Counted from the first letter of the whole stretch, positions 23,326 through 37,269 are shown. The stretch: 63,056 nt of DNA, filler included, from Collodictyon triciliatum (GCA_043381765.1; 12 parts of 12 records of this genome joined end to end with filler, not necessarily neighbours in it), one strand, 5' to 3'. Numbers and translations are program-made. Notes: generated from the letters alone by a model not told the origin.

Positions 23326-23574
23326 ATGCCAGTCCACGTTCTTCCGTCGCTGACTTGCAGCGCCCTTCTGGCGATCATTGTCCCGGTGCATTATGTTTTG
23401 ATGGGTCTGTGGATGCTGCTCTCCGCCCCGTTCTTTCTTGCGTACCTGATCACCACGCAGGTCCAATTCTGGGACAAGCGCCGCTTCGCCTCTGCCGCCG
23501 CCCCAATCAACCCTACGGATCCAACTGCCCCAGTGCGCCGCTTCAATCGGACTCCGTTTGCAGAGGCTGCGTGA
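23326..23574 (+). CDS. Possible small membrane protein (82 aa)
   Basis: AAAAATG start, a ~35-residue hydrophobic stretch and GC-rich codons. No family recognised. Confidence 0.4.
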   Translation: MPVHVLPSLTCSALLAIIVPVHYVLMGLWMLLSAPFFLAYLITTQVQFWDKRRFASAAAPINPTDPTAPVRRFNRTPFAEAA

Positions 23575-23876
23575 CGTGCCCCACTTCTTTCTGCTCCTTC
23601 CTCTCGGCATCTCTTAATTTCTGGACACTCTTCCACTCAAATGTAGAATCAACTCCTACTCTGTACATGACACCATAAACCAGCTCGTATGCAAGTCAAC
23701 CAGCGCAATTTCTTGCATATTGGTCTAGACCTTTTTGTGTTGACCATTAGTCATGAGTGTGCTACTAGTGGCTTCGTTGCCGGACTCCTAAAGAGCCAGG
23801 GGAGGAGCGGTGCTGGGACTCAAGCATCTGCTGTTGAGCCCTACCCTGGATATCAGGCTTGCATGACTGCTGTATC

Positions 23877-23934
<58 letters not shown>
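23877..23934. repeat. (CAA)n microsatellite
   Basis: Pure trinucleotide run. Confidence 0.95.
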
Positions 23935-23935
<1 letters not shown>

Positions 23936-24308
23936 AAGTCCTTGGATGTAGGTGTGATATAAATCATCTCAATTGTTTGTTTATTGTATTGGGGAGTTTG
24001 CTTAATAGCCAAAGGGTACTGTTGGGAGGAGGAAAGGCTGTGTGAACTAGAGGAGCCATGTAGAGGTGTATTGTGCAAATGAGGTGTCAACTGTAGTTTT
24101 TTTTAGGAGGAGCCACGGAGGGGGAAAAGGAGGGCATAGTCGCGGTGGCCTCAACGACACCGTGGCAGGCTGAAAAACATATTGTAGTAAGCTTTCTGTT
24201 TGTATTACAAGACTCCTCTGTTTTCTGCCACCGTTTTTTTTTCTTCTAATTGTAAAATTACATCGGTAGATGTTTATGTGCAAAGTCCACTTACTGCCAG
24301 CGAACAGG

Positions 24309-25543
24309 TTAGTTGAGGATCCATTGTATGGACATCTTGTCAGTTCCTTTTGCTATCTGTTGCACATGAAAAATAGGTTAAACGCCTGAGCGATGTAGGA
24401 AAGCAAGAGAAATGTGACTGAAGTTTGGAAAGAACAAATATGAAAAAAAAATCTTGAAAATGCTTATAACAAAGGCAAGGACACCCATATGCGCACCCAC
24501 CCAGTAAAAACGACACGAAATAGATAGCAACACAGATCCCAAAGTGGTTATCAGTTTGTCTAGATGAAAGCACAAATATATAACCTGGGAAGCCTGGTGC
24601 GGGCGGCCGATTGGACACGAGACGAAGGATGCTACCGGAGGATTTTCTGTGGTGGGCCTACATGCCAGTTGTTGCAGAGTCACTGCAGACTGGAGCATCG
24701 CGTCATCTGTCTCGGGACCAGAGCCAGGCGAGCGACGAGGCAGGTGAGCTGATGAGGCTGAGGCTGAGGCCGAAGGTGATAATGTGTGACATTGCGTGTG
24801 TGCGCTTCGAGATTTGTATGGATTGACAAGCCCAACTGAGTCACATGAGGTGGGGTGGACACGCAAATCCGCCTCTTGTCTGTGTGTGAGAATAGCTGGC
24901 CTAGTAGACAAGCTAGGTGCGAGTGTTTCGTCACAATACCTCCACCTTGCCTGCCTCAGATACTTGCAACGGTATCGACACTGTTGCCCGGTTCGCCCTG
25001 GGATATGTCTTGCTATCTGTCCCAAATATTATCATCTTACCATCGCTGTATGTATGGTCGATTACACGAATAAACCACTGCGGTGTGAATAGGATGGTAG
25101 GTGTGTAGTTTGGGGAAAAGAGTCGGACGATTGGACCAGAGATAGAGCACCAAAACATGTGAAGCGAGTGTTACCTTGCGCCATTGTCCTTGTGGGTAGA
25201 GCATCATTGTATCTCTTAATAAGATATCTTCGGCTGGTGACCATTCTGCATGATTTATTCGTGGGCTCAAAACCCTGTTCCAACGCTGGCAGCATTGGTC
25301 TGCAGTGCGGATACCCTGCATCAAGTCCGAAACCGCGCGCCAGTTCTTTGCTAACCCTTGTTCCTTGATCTTTTTTACACAGCGATTAAAGAAAGAAAGA
25401 ACTTGCGTCAGTCGAAAGCCGTAGTAACCTGTGGGCCATTCTAATAGAGTTATCTTTACCTTTTGCAACTGTGCGTCCTCTTCCACCGTCCAGTGGTGTG
25501 TCCGGTATTCTGCGCTTTTCACCTGGCCAGCTTTCTTGTCCAT
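24309..25543 (-). CDS. Two-repeat Myb/SANT transcription factor, 4 exons
   Basis: Exons ~25543-25460, 25369-25175, 25016-24585 and 24356-24309 (all GT-AG, phase 0) give WTVEEDAQL..NWRAVS..RTADQCCQRWNRVL.P.I...WSPAEDILL..WRK|IARHIPGRTGQQCRYR and a C-terminus KMSIQWILN*. Confidence 0.85.
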
Positions 25544-26212
25544 AAAAATGTGCTCGTTTGTTCTCCTTGCTGCGCAGCCTTTGTTGAACGGATGGGCTGT
25601 GTATGTTGTTAATTGTGTTTTTCTAGTGCAAACCGTTCAATGCTTTTAATCCTTTTTTTTTTTTTTCGTGCACCACCATGGACTCTATAAACCAGCACGA
25701 GCCCAAAAGAAAGAAATAAGCACCTCGTGTTGCGAGCTTATATAGCAGGAAAAAGCCATTCAATGATGCACTAATTTGTGTTTTCACAAAATATATATGA
25801 TGTTTCTTTGCTCACATCTTTTTTTTTTTTTTTTTGAGTTGTTTTAGTCCCTTTTTCTTTGGCTGACAGAATTTCGATGACGCAAAAAAAAAAAAGGACA
25901 AAAAATGGGACAGTATTCCGAATATGGAAACACATTGAGAGAATTCATCATAGCAAGTTTTGGGTGCGTGTTTTTGATGTCTACAAGCCGCTTTTGGACG
26001 AGAATTCCCACGATTCCGGCTGGATGCTTGCCAAGATCGCACGTTTTTGAGTGTGTTAGAAAAAAACCCTGGCTGAGAAACAGCGGACAGTTTGCAAATT
26101 ACTAAAACGTCCACCGGAGCAAACACTGGCGTGTAGAAACCCGGGTTGCGCGCAATTCAAGAAAACCCGTGCAAGGAAGCCGCCTGCAAATCTGTCTGAG
26201 CGGACGGTATTT

Positions 26213-27390
26213 TTGAAAGATATCGAGCAAGTCGTCTACTACAAGAACAAGGCTCACAGATGCACTCGCCTCCTTCTTGAAAGCGAACAAAATCTGCGAA
26301 GAGTCCATCCAATTGCGCTTACCGGACAGCAAAGGCATTTGCCTGATTTCCTTCCTCACTGCAGAGAACGCCCGAAAGATTCTGGAGCTGAAGCAAGTAA
26401 GTTTTCGATATTACGAGCAGCTTCAGCAGAAGTAAACCAACAAAAACCTCGGTGATACTCTACCAATTACCGCTGGACGTGTGGTTGCAACTACTTCGTG
26501 GGGAGCCAAAGCAGTTCAGACTGACCCACGTGGACATCAAAAAGGACAAAGGCTTCTTCACAGACACAGCCGTGGTGAAGCTTCTTTGTCACAAGAACCA
26601 GCTCCATGCAAAGTTTACAGTCATGGGCAAAAAGTGACCATAGCGCACCCTCAAAGAGCGTCCGCCAGCCGCGAATAACGAATGACAAGTAAAAGCCCCG
26701 CAAAAGAATACACCTCCAAACAGACAAGCAGCAACGGGGTCAGGGAAGCCAAGGCCAGGCAACAACAGAGCCCGCAAGACTCACAGCAGATATACTCATA
26801 CAGCGACAGCGACGATGACATGGAAAGAAATATCGGCTCCTCTCCAGAATCCTCGCACTCGAGCCCACCAACGCCAACGCTGGATAAGCCCGCACATCGC
26901 AAGACCCAAGAGCAACGCATCTCCAAACCCCGAAAGAAATCCCCCCTTAAACCACCCATTCAGACTGACGTGAATATGGTTAACATAGAAGGCATCAAGG
27001 CAGTCTTCGTTATATTATCCGAAAGGATACTGCAAAGCAAAGGCAACACAAGAACCAGCGCCCACCAAAGATAGTCCATTTACCCTACCCCAGCCCATCG
27101 CACCGAGAACCAAGGAGCAAGAGCAAACAATACAAGTCGAATCCAAGCTTGGAACTTCACACACCAAAGACAGTCCGAGCAAGCAGGAGCGTATATTTCT
27201 AAAACCACAAACGCGTATCCATACACTGGTTAAGCAAAGTCCACTGCCGGCTACGCATGGTCCCGATGCCAGGGGACGGTCAAGCACCACTACCGCGAAT
27301 ACCAGACAAACAACGATGCATCGCTTTTTGTCTGAATCGCCCAGCAAGAAACGCAAGGAAAGTTACCCGATGTCAACTCAAAAGAATAAT
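26213..27390 (+). pseudogene. Degenerate L1/Tx1-like LINE ORF1 (RRM-type) remnant
   Basis: Frameshifted, intronless, A/C-rich segments (KGICLISFLTAENARKILEL; VILYQLPLD...KDKGFFTDTAVVKL) are followed by a basic Ser/Pro/Thr-rich tail. The region sits next to a LINE 3' end. Confidence 0.4.
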
Positions 27391-27555
27391 CCTGTGGAAT
27401 GAAATAGGATGTAAACCTTGTCTGAGGTAGACGGCTGAAAGGACTCATCGGAATCGATTTTCGAAGTAACTGCCATGTGCGTACTTTCATCGACCCGACA
27501 GCTTTATCCGCTCTTTTGTCAGTCTCGAATACAACCAGAAACCTCGTAGAAGTTA

Positions 27556-27727
27556 TTTATTCTTCCTTTCAATCTGAAAAATGTGGTGGAGGCTTCGAAG
27601 CTGATTCGCTAACCATCATTTGCATGGGCGCTACTTGGTGGCCGGGTGGCGGAGAAGTAGTCGGTAATCAGCAATTGCATCCTGCGGTTTGGCCTGTAGC
27701 CTGGGTCTTGTGCTTGCATGAGAGATA
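27556..27727 (-). mobile_element. LINE 3' end (same family as 44513-45082), cut by the contig end
   Basis: The reverse complement matches ~44903-45075, including AAGCACAAGACCCAGGCTACAGGCCAAACCGCAGGATGCAATT and TTGAAAGGAAGAATAA. Confidence 0.85.
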
Positions 27728-27827
27728 NNNNNNNNNNNNNNNNNNNNNNNNNNNNNNNNNNNNNNNNNNNNTTAATTAATTAANNNNNNNNNNNNNNNNN
27801 NNNNNNNNNNNNNNNNNNNNNNNNNNN

Positions 27828-27896
<69 letters not shown>

Positions 27897-28534
27897 GATA
27901 TTGCTGAACAAGAAAGCAAAATAACAAGAGTGAAAAACTTGGCATAATCAGCTACCAAGATAGGTTGCGGTTACTCCACATTCTTAACATTTTATTTCGA
28001 GATATAGGACGCTTCTAAACAATTGCTAACTTATCATTATCTTGCAGCTTCTAAGACCACAGGTGAGCAATATTCGATTATCGCTAGGATATGCCCCAAG
28101 TGTAAAGAGGCCTGATTATATTGTAAACAGCCTTTTCATAGCCGCATGAAAAACGAAGGCAATGACTTTTTTTCTCACTTTATTATTCGATTCAGAGAAA
28201 AACAAAGACAATGATATATCCAGCAATTGGCTGACAGAGCCATTCTGGATTCCCCCACTGTTTTCCTACTCTCTCCCCCCCCCTTCTTTTCTCTTCTCTT
28301 GTTTGGCACAAACCTGGAATTGGTGAAGTTTTTTCATTGAATTTGAAGGAGTTATAACAAGGCTTCAATATTACCGGCGAAATAGAACATATGTACCTAT
28401 ATTCTTTCGCTGCAGTGCCACAACTTGACAGGTTTGCGCTGTGCTGTTGAAAAAAACCTCCAACTCACCAGCACAATATATTCGAAAAAAAAGGGAAAAA
28501 GAAGAGAAAAACAGGAGAAGACGCCTCACCTCCC

Positions 28535-31466
28535 ATGCAGCCATTCCGCCTTCGCTCCGGCTCCTCTTCGGCCACCACACAAGGAGCTCCCTTACCTCAA
28601 ACTGCCACCAGTCAAAGCGTGCGCACCGACACGATTCCCATACCCAAGCTGACTCGCCCGCCAAACTCTCAACAAGCAACAGGCTCGGACTATGTTACAT
28701 TCACGACACACTCCCCGTCGTTGTCCTCGTTTTCGGCCTCTTCAAGTAATGCTGTTCCGCCTCTGAGACGTCCCTCTGTCTTTTCGAAGCCGCCCTCCGA
28801 CGTCCAAGCGATAACGCACCCAAGCTCATCGTGGAGGCGACCAAGCACCTCGTTCGAATCATCCCAGGCTCTGTTGCTTTCAAGCTCGTCCAGCGCACCT
28901 GACTCGTCACCCCAACTTCCCCAGACTCCGATCTTGTCAAGAAATACAGGCGTAACTCGCCAAAAGACCATCTCTTTTGCATCGCATGTTCACGATGCGT
29001 TCCGGCCTCCACAGTTTCGTGTGTACAACAACCGATGGATGGTTCTTGCGTTGTACTATTTTGTGTCAGCGTCCAACTGCATGGTGTGGATGACTTATGC
29101 TCCTATAAGCAACATAGCTGAGAATGAGTAAGCAGAGCCACATGTCCATCTTACTTTGTGATAATCATTTGTAACGTAAAAATAGTATATTATGATTATG
29201 ATTATGATTATTATGATATTATTAATTATTATTATTATTTTTTATTTTTATTATTTTTTTTTATTATTTTTATTATTGTTGTTGTTATTTTTTTATTGTT
29301 GTTGTCATTGCTATTATTTTTATTATTATTATTGTTACTTTTATGATTGTTATGATTAGCACTTTGAATGAAATAAAGAAAAAAAACATTAATTTTATCA
29401 TTATTGGTATTGTTATAGTTTGTACTTTAATTGATTTATTTTATAAAACCATATCGATTCTCTTAAGATACTGGCCACGAGCCTCTTTGCTCATACAAGC
29501 ATTATCGTGATTGATACACAGAATCGCCACATCGTCTTATTTTACAAACAAATTTCAATCATAAACTTCACTTCTATGTATTTCCGTTGAAGCTTCAACG
29601 TAGATATATTTTTCGTCAACTCTTTGAGTCTACTCTTCATGATTGTACACGTCCTCTTGTTTCCGTGGTCATGTACAATCCTAGACAAGCACTCATTACG
29701 AAGAGGCGTAAGTCAGTCCTCGCCACCTTCTTCAGTCCCATCTTCGGCTCCCTCTTCAGCACTTAGCCTCTTCTTCGTTAAAAGGACTGCCGCTCAACTT
29801 TGTAGCCATTTTTCAACAGATACGTAATTCTCGTATTTACATATTCGCCCAACGCAGGTTCTATACGGGGCGCTGTTCACGGTAGTGGGAAGCTGGGTTC
29901 GCGTGATTGGAGACAACTACAACTCATTTGCAGGAGTTTTCCTTGGGCAATGTAAGTACCAAGCGCATACATATTGAAAATTGTGTTCTCCTTAGAACCC
30001 AGGTCTACATTTCCATTACGATTGTGTATGGCTGTATTTTATTCTTTTCAGCTTTTTTTTTTAATTCTCTCATTTGGCATGTTACATTCTTCTATGGATG
30101 CATATCAATCACAAACATGGTTTTAACCCAACGAAAGACTGTAGCCTCTCATCTACAACCAGTCAACTTCCACTTCCACTTTTTTCTAATATTTCATTTT
30201 CATGGAGCCTTTATCCCGTCTCTATTTCCCTCCGCCTCATTTTCCGCCTCATTTTCCGCCTCATTTTCCGCCTCATTTTCCGCCTCATTTTCCGCCGTCT
30301 CGTTTTCCCGCTTTTCCACATCTCCACATCTCCACATCTCCACATCTCCACATCTCCACATCTCCACATCTCCACATCTCCACATCTCCACATCCGACCT
30401 TTCTCTTCTATACATCCTTATCCTCGTTGCCCACCCGTTTAGTCTTTGCAAGCTTCGGCCAGCCATTCCTTCTCAACGCGCCCACTAAGCTTGTAGCCAC
30501 ATGGTTTGATGCCGAGCAAAGAACAATAGCAACGTCTGTGGCGATGACATCGCCCTTCGTGGGGGTCGCAGCGTGCTACCTTTATAGCACATTTATTGTA
30601 GAGAGTCACACAGAAATCCTCATCTACCTTGTCGCCATTGCATCGTTCTCTACAGTGGCAGGGCTGATATGCTACTTACTACTGGAAAACGAGCCTCCGT
30701 CGCCTCCCTGTTGGTCGCAGATTCAACGTGTGAGAGCATCCATACATTTCGAGCAGCACAGTATCATGGTGCAAAGCACATCACAACCTCTGATTCTTCA
30801 AGACAAATGTACTGACGCACGGGTATTGATTGGACATTAGGCGTCATATCCGTTCGCAGAGTCCGTGAAAATCTTATTCAGCGACAAGAACTACAGATTA
30901 CTGGTCGCACAGAGCTCCTTCTCCCTAGGGGCGGTAGTAGCCATCATTACTGTGTTACAAGAGATTCTTGTTCAATATGACTACTCCACGGTAAGGCTCG
31001 CATGATTGGAATATACTTTTGATTAATACGTCCCAAGCTTTTGCACGCATACCAAGAGCGAAAGTAGCACAGCAAGTCACAAACACTCTTTATTAGACAG
31101 AGACTGGTATTATCGGCTCGGCATCCATTTTCATGGGGATAATCGGGTCTCTTGTATTCTCATATGTGATTGACCGCTCTCAACTATACAAGGTGAGAGA
31201 TGATAGCAGCTGTACCATAAGGATGATAGGATTGATATGTATGGATTTTGATTTCATGGGTCGTATAAGCAATTTACGTTTGGATTATCTACTTTATGTG
31301 TGACATCCAATCTTCAATCTTCAATCTTCAATCTTCAATCTTCAATCTTCAATCTTCAATCTTCAATCTTCAATCTTCAATCTTCAATCTTCAATCTTCA
31401 ATCATCCATCATCCATCATCCATCATCCATCATCCATCATCCATCATCCATCATCCATCATCCATG

Positions 31467-31562
<96 letters not shown>

Positions 31563-32674
31563 TGTTCAAATGTCTGATAACATCAGAGCAAAAACACTCT
31601 GATTCGACTCTACACTCAATCTATTCACAATCTACATTCATCTATCATCCCAACCTACCAAATGCACCACCAGCTTTGTATCAGCGTTTCATTGAGCTTC
31701 AGCTTGGGACTATCATTCATATGGGGTAGCGCACTCCGCCAAGAGAACTTTGTGATTCTCCTTCCACTAGGGGGAGTTTTCGGTTTCTTCATCAGTCCTC
31801 TTGTTCCTCTCAACGTGGAGCTCGGGTGCGAGGTATGAAGACTGTTTCAGTGCTCAGCGGTAACACAAGGATGCTCGTATTTCCTTCTTTTTTTCTCTTT
31901 TTATACTTTTTTTTACACTTAATTCACTTTTTTCTTTTTTTTTATATATACTTTTTTACTTTTTTACTATTTTACTTTTTTACTATTTTACTTTTTTACT
32001 ATTTTACTTTTTTACTATTTTACTTTTTTTTTTATACTTAATTGCTTTTTTTCTCCTTTATTACTTTTTCCCCTTTTACTTATTTTATTATTTACTTATT
32101 ACTTTTTTGTCTCAGTAAAAAAAAAGGCTTTAAATCATGTGATTTATTGAATTATAACCATCCACACGGTTTTATACTGCATGCAGCTGGCATATCCTAT
32201 GAACGAGTCCATTCCATCCGGTATCATTCTCGCCGGAGGCGAACTCGTCGGAGCATTTCTTGTCGCGATAATGAACATTTCTATCGCTGACGAAATGGTG
32301 TTACAAGCGTTGTGGCCGGTATGACTACTGTATTAAGGAGTTGTGAAAAAAAGACATAAGGACTCGAATACCATTTACTTCTTCATCACTGGTTATTCAA
32401 TTTTAAGGTTTTTCTGGTGTATCCCTTAACATTCTTGTTTTGGACAATTAAGCTCGCAGCTGCATTAGCCATCGCACTAGTCTTTTCGTTGCTTATCCAA
32501 GAGGACTTGAAGCGCCTGAAGCGCGATAAAATCGTCAGGGATAGCACCACAATCAACGCTGGAGGCTCGCCTTCATCCACATCCTCGTTCCCTCCTCTGC
32601 CAGGAGAAGGTTGTGATACGTTCAAAGTTGTAACAGTAGTTGAAAACTTATTTGCACATTCCATACGACACTGA
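28535..32674 (+). CDS. MFS transporter, FLVCR/SLC49-like, multi-exon
   Basis: A Ser-rich N-terminal tail is followed by FRVYNNRWMVL...SNCMVWMTYAPIS, GQPFLLNAPTKLVATWFDAEQRTIATS, PPSPP, GSLVFSYVIDRSQLYK and ELAAGISY in GT-AG-bounded exons. Confidence 0.88.
31309..31561. repeat. Compound intronic microsatellite (AATCTTC)n-(CATCATC)n-(ATT)n
   Basis: Three adjacent simple-repeat arrays inside an MFS intron. Confidence 0.93.
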
Positions 32675-33228
32675 TATGTTCTTTTTCGTGGTTTACCCCT
32701 CTTTATTCGATTCAAAGATTTCCTATTTCACTATACATTCGGGTCGACTTCAAGTCGTGGTGGCTATATATTCACATGGCATCTTCATCACAATCTCTTT
32801 TCATCAGATTAATAATGTCCTTTGATATTATCTTGGAAACGGAGAAGCAGGACTGGGTATAAACGGAGGCATCATAGAGAAGGAACCCACAAAAAAGAAT
32901 GGATAGCTTTGGATGAGTTGACATCGAAGATGAGGCCATAGACGATGATAAGGACAAATAAATATGAATCGATAGAGAATAAAGCCCGCATAAGTTGTAG
33001 GCGCAACTTTCCTTTGCTTCATCAAACACAAAAGATCAAAATTGTACTATATAGTCGAAAACGATTATAGATATTATATATTTACGTACTTATGTTTTTA
33101 TATATTCACGTACTTGTGTTTATAGATATTATGCATTTTTGTATTTATGTTCGTGTATTTGTGTATTTGTGTATTTGTTGTGAGACAGATAAAAAACGCA
33201 AGTTTGGTGGCGGCTGGTAACTCAAATA

Positions 33229-33288
<60 letters not shown>

Positions 33289-33388
33289 NNNNNNNNNNNN
33301 NNNNNNNNNNNNNNNNNNNNNNNNNNNNNNNNTTAATTAATTAANNNNNNNNNNNNNNNNNNNNNNNNNNNNNNNNNNNNNNNNNNNN

Positions 33389-33424
<36 letters not shown>

Positions 33425-33621
33425 TCTCTTTCTCTTTCTCTTTCTCTTTCTCTTTCTCTTTCTCTCTCTCTTCCTCCTAAAACCTGAGAAAATTGGGAGT
33501 CGAAAATCAGAGAATTAAACATGGAGAAAAATAAAAGAAGAGGAAATGATAGTCAGGTTGTTGACTGTATATACTCAATGAACATATTTATTCCAACATA
33601 TATCGGCCAGCCCCGTCCGTT

Positions 33622-33680
33622 GCCGATATGGCCAAGTGGATTAAGGTGACACATTCCAGAATCTAATTACGATTACGTGT
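33622..33680 (+). pseudogene. tRNA-like 5' fragment (Leu-type D arm), lacking a T arm
   Basis: GCCGATA-TG-GCCAAGTGGATTAAGGTG resembles the acceptor strand plus A-box/D arm. It is followed by ACACA-TTCCAG-(intron-like 15 nt)-A-CGTGT. No GTTCRA B box follows. Confidence 0.4.
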
Positions 33681-34117
33681 CCCATGCTATGATGTAAAAT
33701 GTACACATCTCTTTCTTCCTAAAACAAAACAATACAACACAAAAATACATTATAGGGATTGTCTCATTACCAGCACTTCTTTTCTCTGATCAAAAAACAC
33801 TCCAAATCATCATGATGAGAGGACTCTCTTTAAGTGTTCGTGAACCACGCCAAGTAAGCGCACTCGAAGCAAAGCCGTGAATAAAGAAACGAAATAAAAT
33901 AAAATATCTTCCAGTTCCGTCTCCTCCCTTTTTTCTTTTTTTCTTATCCGTTCACCTCCCACACCCTTTTTATGCCACTTTGAGGGCAGATCTATGTGGG
34001 ATCAATCAGCAAAGCAAAGCGAACACGGGTGCTGATGAGAGTCACACAACCGCACGGCAGACTGAACACAAACACAAACACATACAGACAATCAAAGAGG
34101 CAGACGAGCAGATAGCC

Positions 34118-34729
34118 ATGTTCAAGAGGAAACACAACCCACGCGACGGGATAGTCCTCTCCCAGGAAGAGTTTGATCGCGGACTCACCAAAAGCGAAGA
34201 GATCGACCGCACCGCGTTTTGGGTCTTTACAGGCGTGGGCGTGCTGATCCTTGTGTTTGTGTATGCGTTTACACGCCTGACCACAAGCGGCCCGCGTGTG
34301 GTGGTAGAGAATCCTTCTTCGCACTCCTTGTATGTCGCCATCTACTGCGGCCGCTACGACCCCACAGCACAGTCTCTTCAGAAGGAGCAGGACCCCCAAG
34401 ACAAAGCCGGGCCAGAGCCACCTTTGCTTATGCGCCAGAGACGATCGATGCATGTCGCGGGTCACTCGAGCGTTTCCGTAGCTGTCGGGCCCAACTATGC
34501 GCCGTGTGTGGACCAAGCAGCCGCCACAGACTCGGGGCTTGACTCGCGCTTTTCCGATCGCGAGTGCTATGCGGTTTACTCTGTGGATCAACCGATGCCT
34601 CGCAAACTGTCGCGTTCAGAGGTGCAGATATGGGCCGATCCGTCTCATCGTCAAGACGGCTCTCTGGAAGACAAGTATCTGGCCGTCCGTGTGCAAGATG
34701 GGTGTGCGCCTGTGCAACTGGCCTTCTGA
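34118..34729 (+). CDS. Hypothetical single-pass membrane protein (203 aa)
   Basis: Intronless GC-rich ORF from GCCATG at 34118 with one TM segment (AFWVFTGVGVLILVFVYAF) and a Cys-containing C-terminal domain. Confidence 0.65.
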   Translation: MFKRKHNPRDGIVLSQEEFDRGLTKSEEIDRTAFWVFTGVGVLILVFVYAFTRLTTSGPRVVVENPSSHSLYVAIYCGRYDPTAQSLQKEQDPQDKAGPEPPLLMRQRRSMHVAGHSSVSVAVGPNYAPCVDQAAATDSGLDSRFSDRECYAVYSVDQPMPRKLSRSEVQIWADPSHRQDGSLEDKYLAVRVQDGCAPVQLAF

Positions 34730-35899
34730 GCTGTCTGCGTTTCGGGCTAGATAGACCCGTTTCACTTTTACTTTTACTTTTCTTTTCTTTTCTTTTCTTT
34801 TCTTTTCTTTTCTTTTCTTTTCTTTTCTTTTCTTTTCTTTTCTTTTCTTTTCTTTTCTTTTCTTTTCTTTTCTTTTTATTGTGGAAAAAAGTGGTGGCTA
34901 TCAATATGACAGTACAGCCTCGCCCGTCCCAGACAAACTCATTCGAGTCATTTTCTTTTCCTCCTTTATTTTTTCTTTCACTCCATTCTCGCTGAATAAA
35001 CAGATGGCCTATGGAGGGATTAAATTGTACTGTTTGAAGTAGACTTACACTTTCTAAACTTCGTGTGGCTGGAGAATCCTACTTCGAAGCGTTTGATTAT
35101 TTATAATGAAAAGATGATGAAAGGCATGTCTATTTTCATATTTACGATCTACTCTGTGGTGGTCAGTATACGTAAGAAGAAGTTCATCGTAGCCATGTGA
35201 TTTTATTGCTTTAATTCAAGACAGAATGTCTGCAAATAATAAATTATGGGCATCATCTGTTCAACTAGATATAAGATACCGCGATGCACAAGAAGATAAA
35301 CAAACAATGATTGGAAAACTGTATTATTAGTATTCATTCAATTAAGCCCTCTGGTGTTGGTGCAGCACCAAAGTTACTGCAGAGCATACCCACAATAAAA
35401 AAATAGAAAAATGGATGTAGAGGTCTATTATTTCATGATTATGTATTATCCTTCTTTTCTTATCCCCCAGTATAGTCACCCCCTGCAAGGTGCGCTCATA
35501 GAAACACCCGGTAATCCCATTATTTCGGGGAATACATACCTGAGCTGGATTTTATAAAAAAGACAAACAATTTTTTATCATGGTTATTTTGTCCCATAAA
35601 TATTAGAAAAAAATTAATACATGCAGCTCATATTAATATCTTAAGTGAGCCAAGCAAATTCACAAACTCTGACACAACAACAACAACATGATGGTGGTGA
35701 TATAAAGCTATTTCGTGTGAAACAGAGGTGGAAGCGTACTCGGAAAAGACTTTTTGATTGTGTGCCAGGCACACCCTAGAAAAGACCATATCTCTGAAAG
35801 ACTAACAAACTATTTCTCACAAACTTTCCCTCCTTCTTTCCCTCTTTCTTTCCTTCTTCCTTTCCCTCTCTGATCAAGGGTAGATTTTCCAATAGAAAC

Positions 35900-37237
35900 A
35901 TGAACTCATCAGCAAGTAGTAAGAGTTTGCATTCGAACGATATCGCCTTTGAACATGAGAACGGGAAGTTCGCTCATTGTGGGTATGGATGCTTGGGGTT
36001 TAATTACGTGGCCAGCCTTCTTACAGAAAAGCCCCCCGTCGCAGTCTTAGTAAAGTCGATCCCTTCTGCAGAACTTAAGGATCAGCATGAAAACAATCCT
36101 TTGATCAAATCCTTGGATTCACTGAAGTCAATAAAGCATGACAATTTAGCGAGATTTATTGGTTGGTGTCAGAATATTGATTCCTTCCTTCTAGTATCCG
36201 AATGTATCCAGGGACATAATCTTACTACAGCACTTGATAGAGCGCTGGAGTCGAATACGTACCCGTGTATCACTATCAATCCATGGAAACTGATGGCAGA
36301 CATTGGAGGGGGACTGATATTCCTAAACAAAAACTTCCCGAACCTCTATCATGGCCGCTTACATCCGGGAAATATTTTGTGTGATCCCCACAACAACAAG
36401 ATCATGGATTTGGGGGTAGAACTGGTCCGTTTACAAACGACCAAACCTCAATTAATTGATGAACAGTATGATTTCTCGACCGAAAGGTACTTTGCCCCCG
36501 AGCAGCTTAGAGTTCTGGACTATGAGGGCGTTGGTCTTGATATATCCTGCGATGTATGCTCTATGGGCATTATAATGTGGAGACTTTTTTCAAAAGATGA
36601 ATTATACCAAAGTCATAACTGGAAGACATCTCGCTCAATAATTAAAAAAAATGGTCATGAACTAGAGCTTCACCCGCACTGGAAACAAGATGTTGCTGAA
36701 TTCGTCTCTAAAATGTGGGCACTCGAGCCTTCTACTCGGCCGAGTATTGCCCAAGTGTGCAGCTTTATGCAATCTCATTTGCATGACAGTCCCACTGAAT
36801 ATGTGAGTGCACCAAATCAAATTCGTGATATACATAGTAACAAACATCTAAACGAGCTCTAGATAGGGACTACTGTTAGGACCTCTCTTCAAAGAAACAC
36901 GAAGGAATATGTTTGTTGAATTTTACTTCTTNNNNNNNNNNNNNNNNNNNNNNNNNNNNNNNNNNNNNNNNNNNNNNNNNNNNNNNNNNNNNNNNNNNNN
37001 NNNNNNNNNNNNNNNNNNNNNNNNNNNNNNNNNNNNNNNNNNNNNNNNNNNNNNNNNNNNNNNNNNNNNNNNNNNNNNNNNNNNNNNNNNNNNNNNNNNN
37101 NNNNNNNNNNNNNNNNNNNNNNNNNNNNNNNNNNNNNNNNNNNNNNNNNNNNNNNNNNNNNNNNNNNNNNNNNNNNNNNNNNNNNNNNNNNNNNNNNNNN
37201 NNNNNNNNNNNNNNNNNNNNNNNNNNNNNNNNNNNNN

Positions 37238-37269
<32 letters not shown>

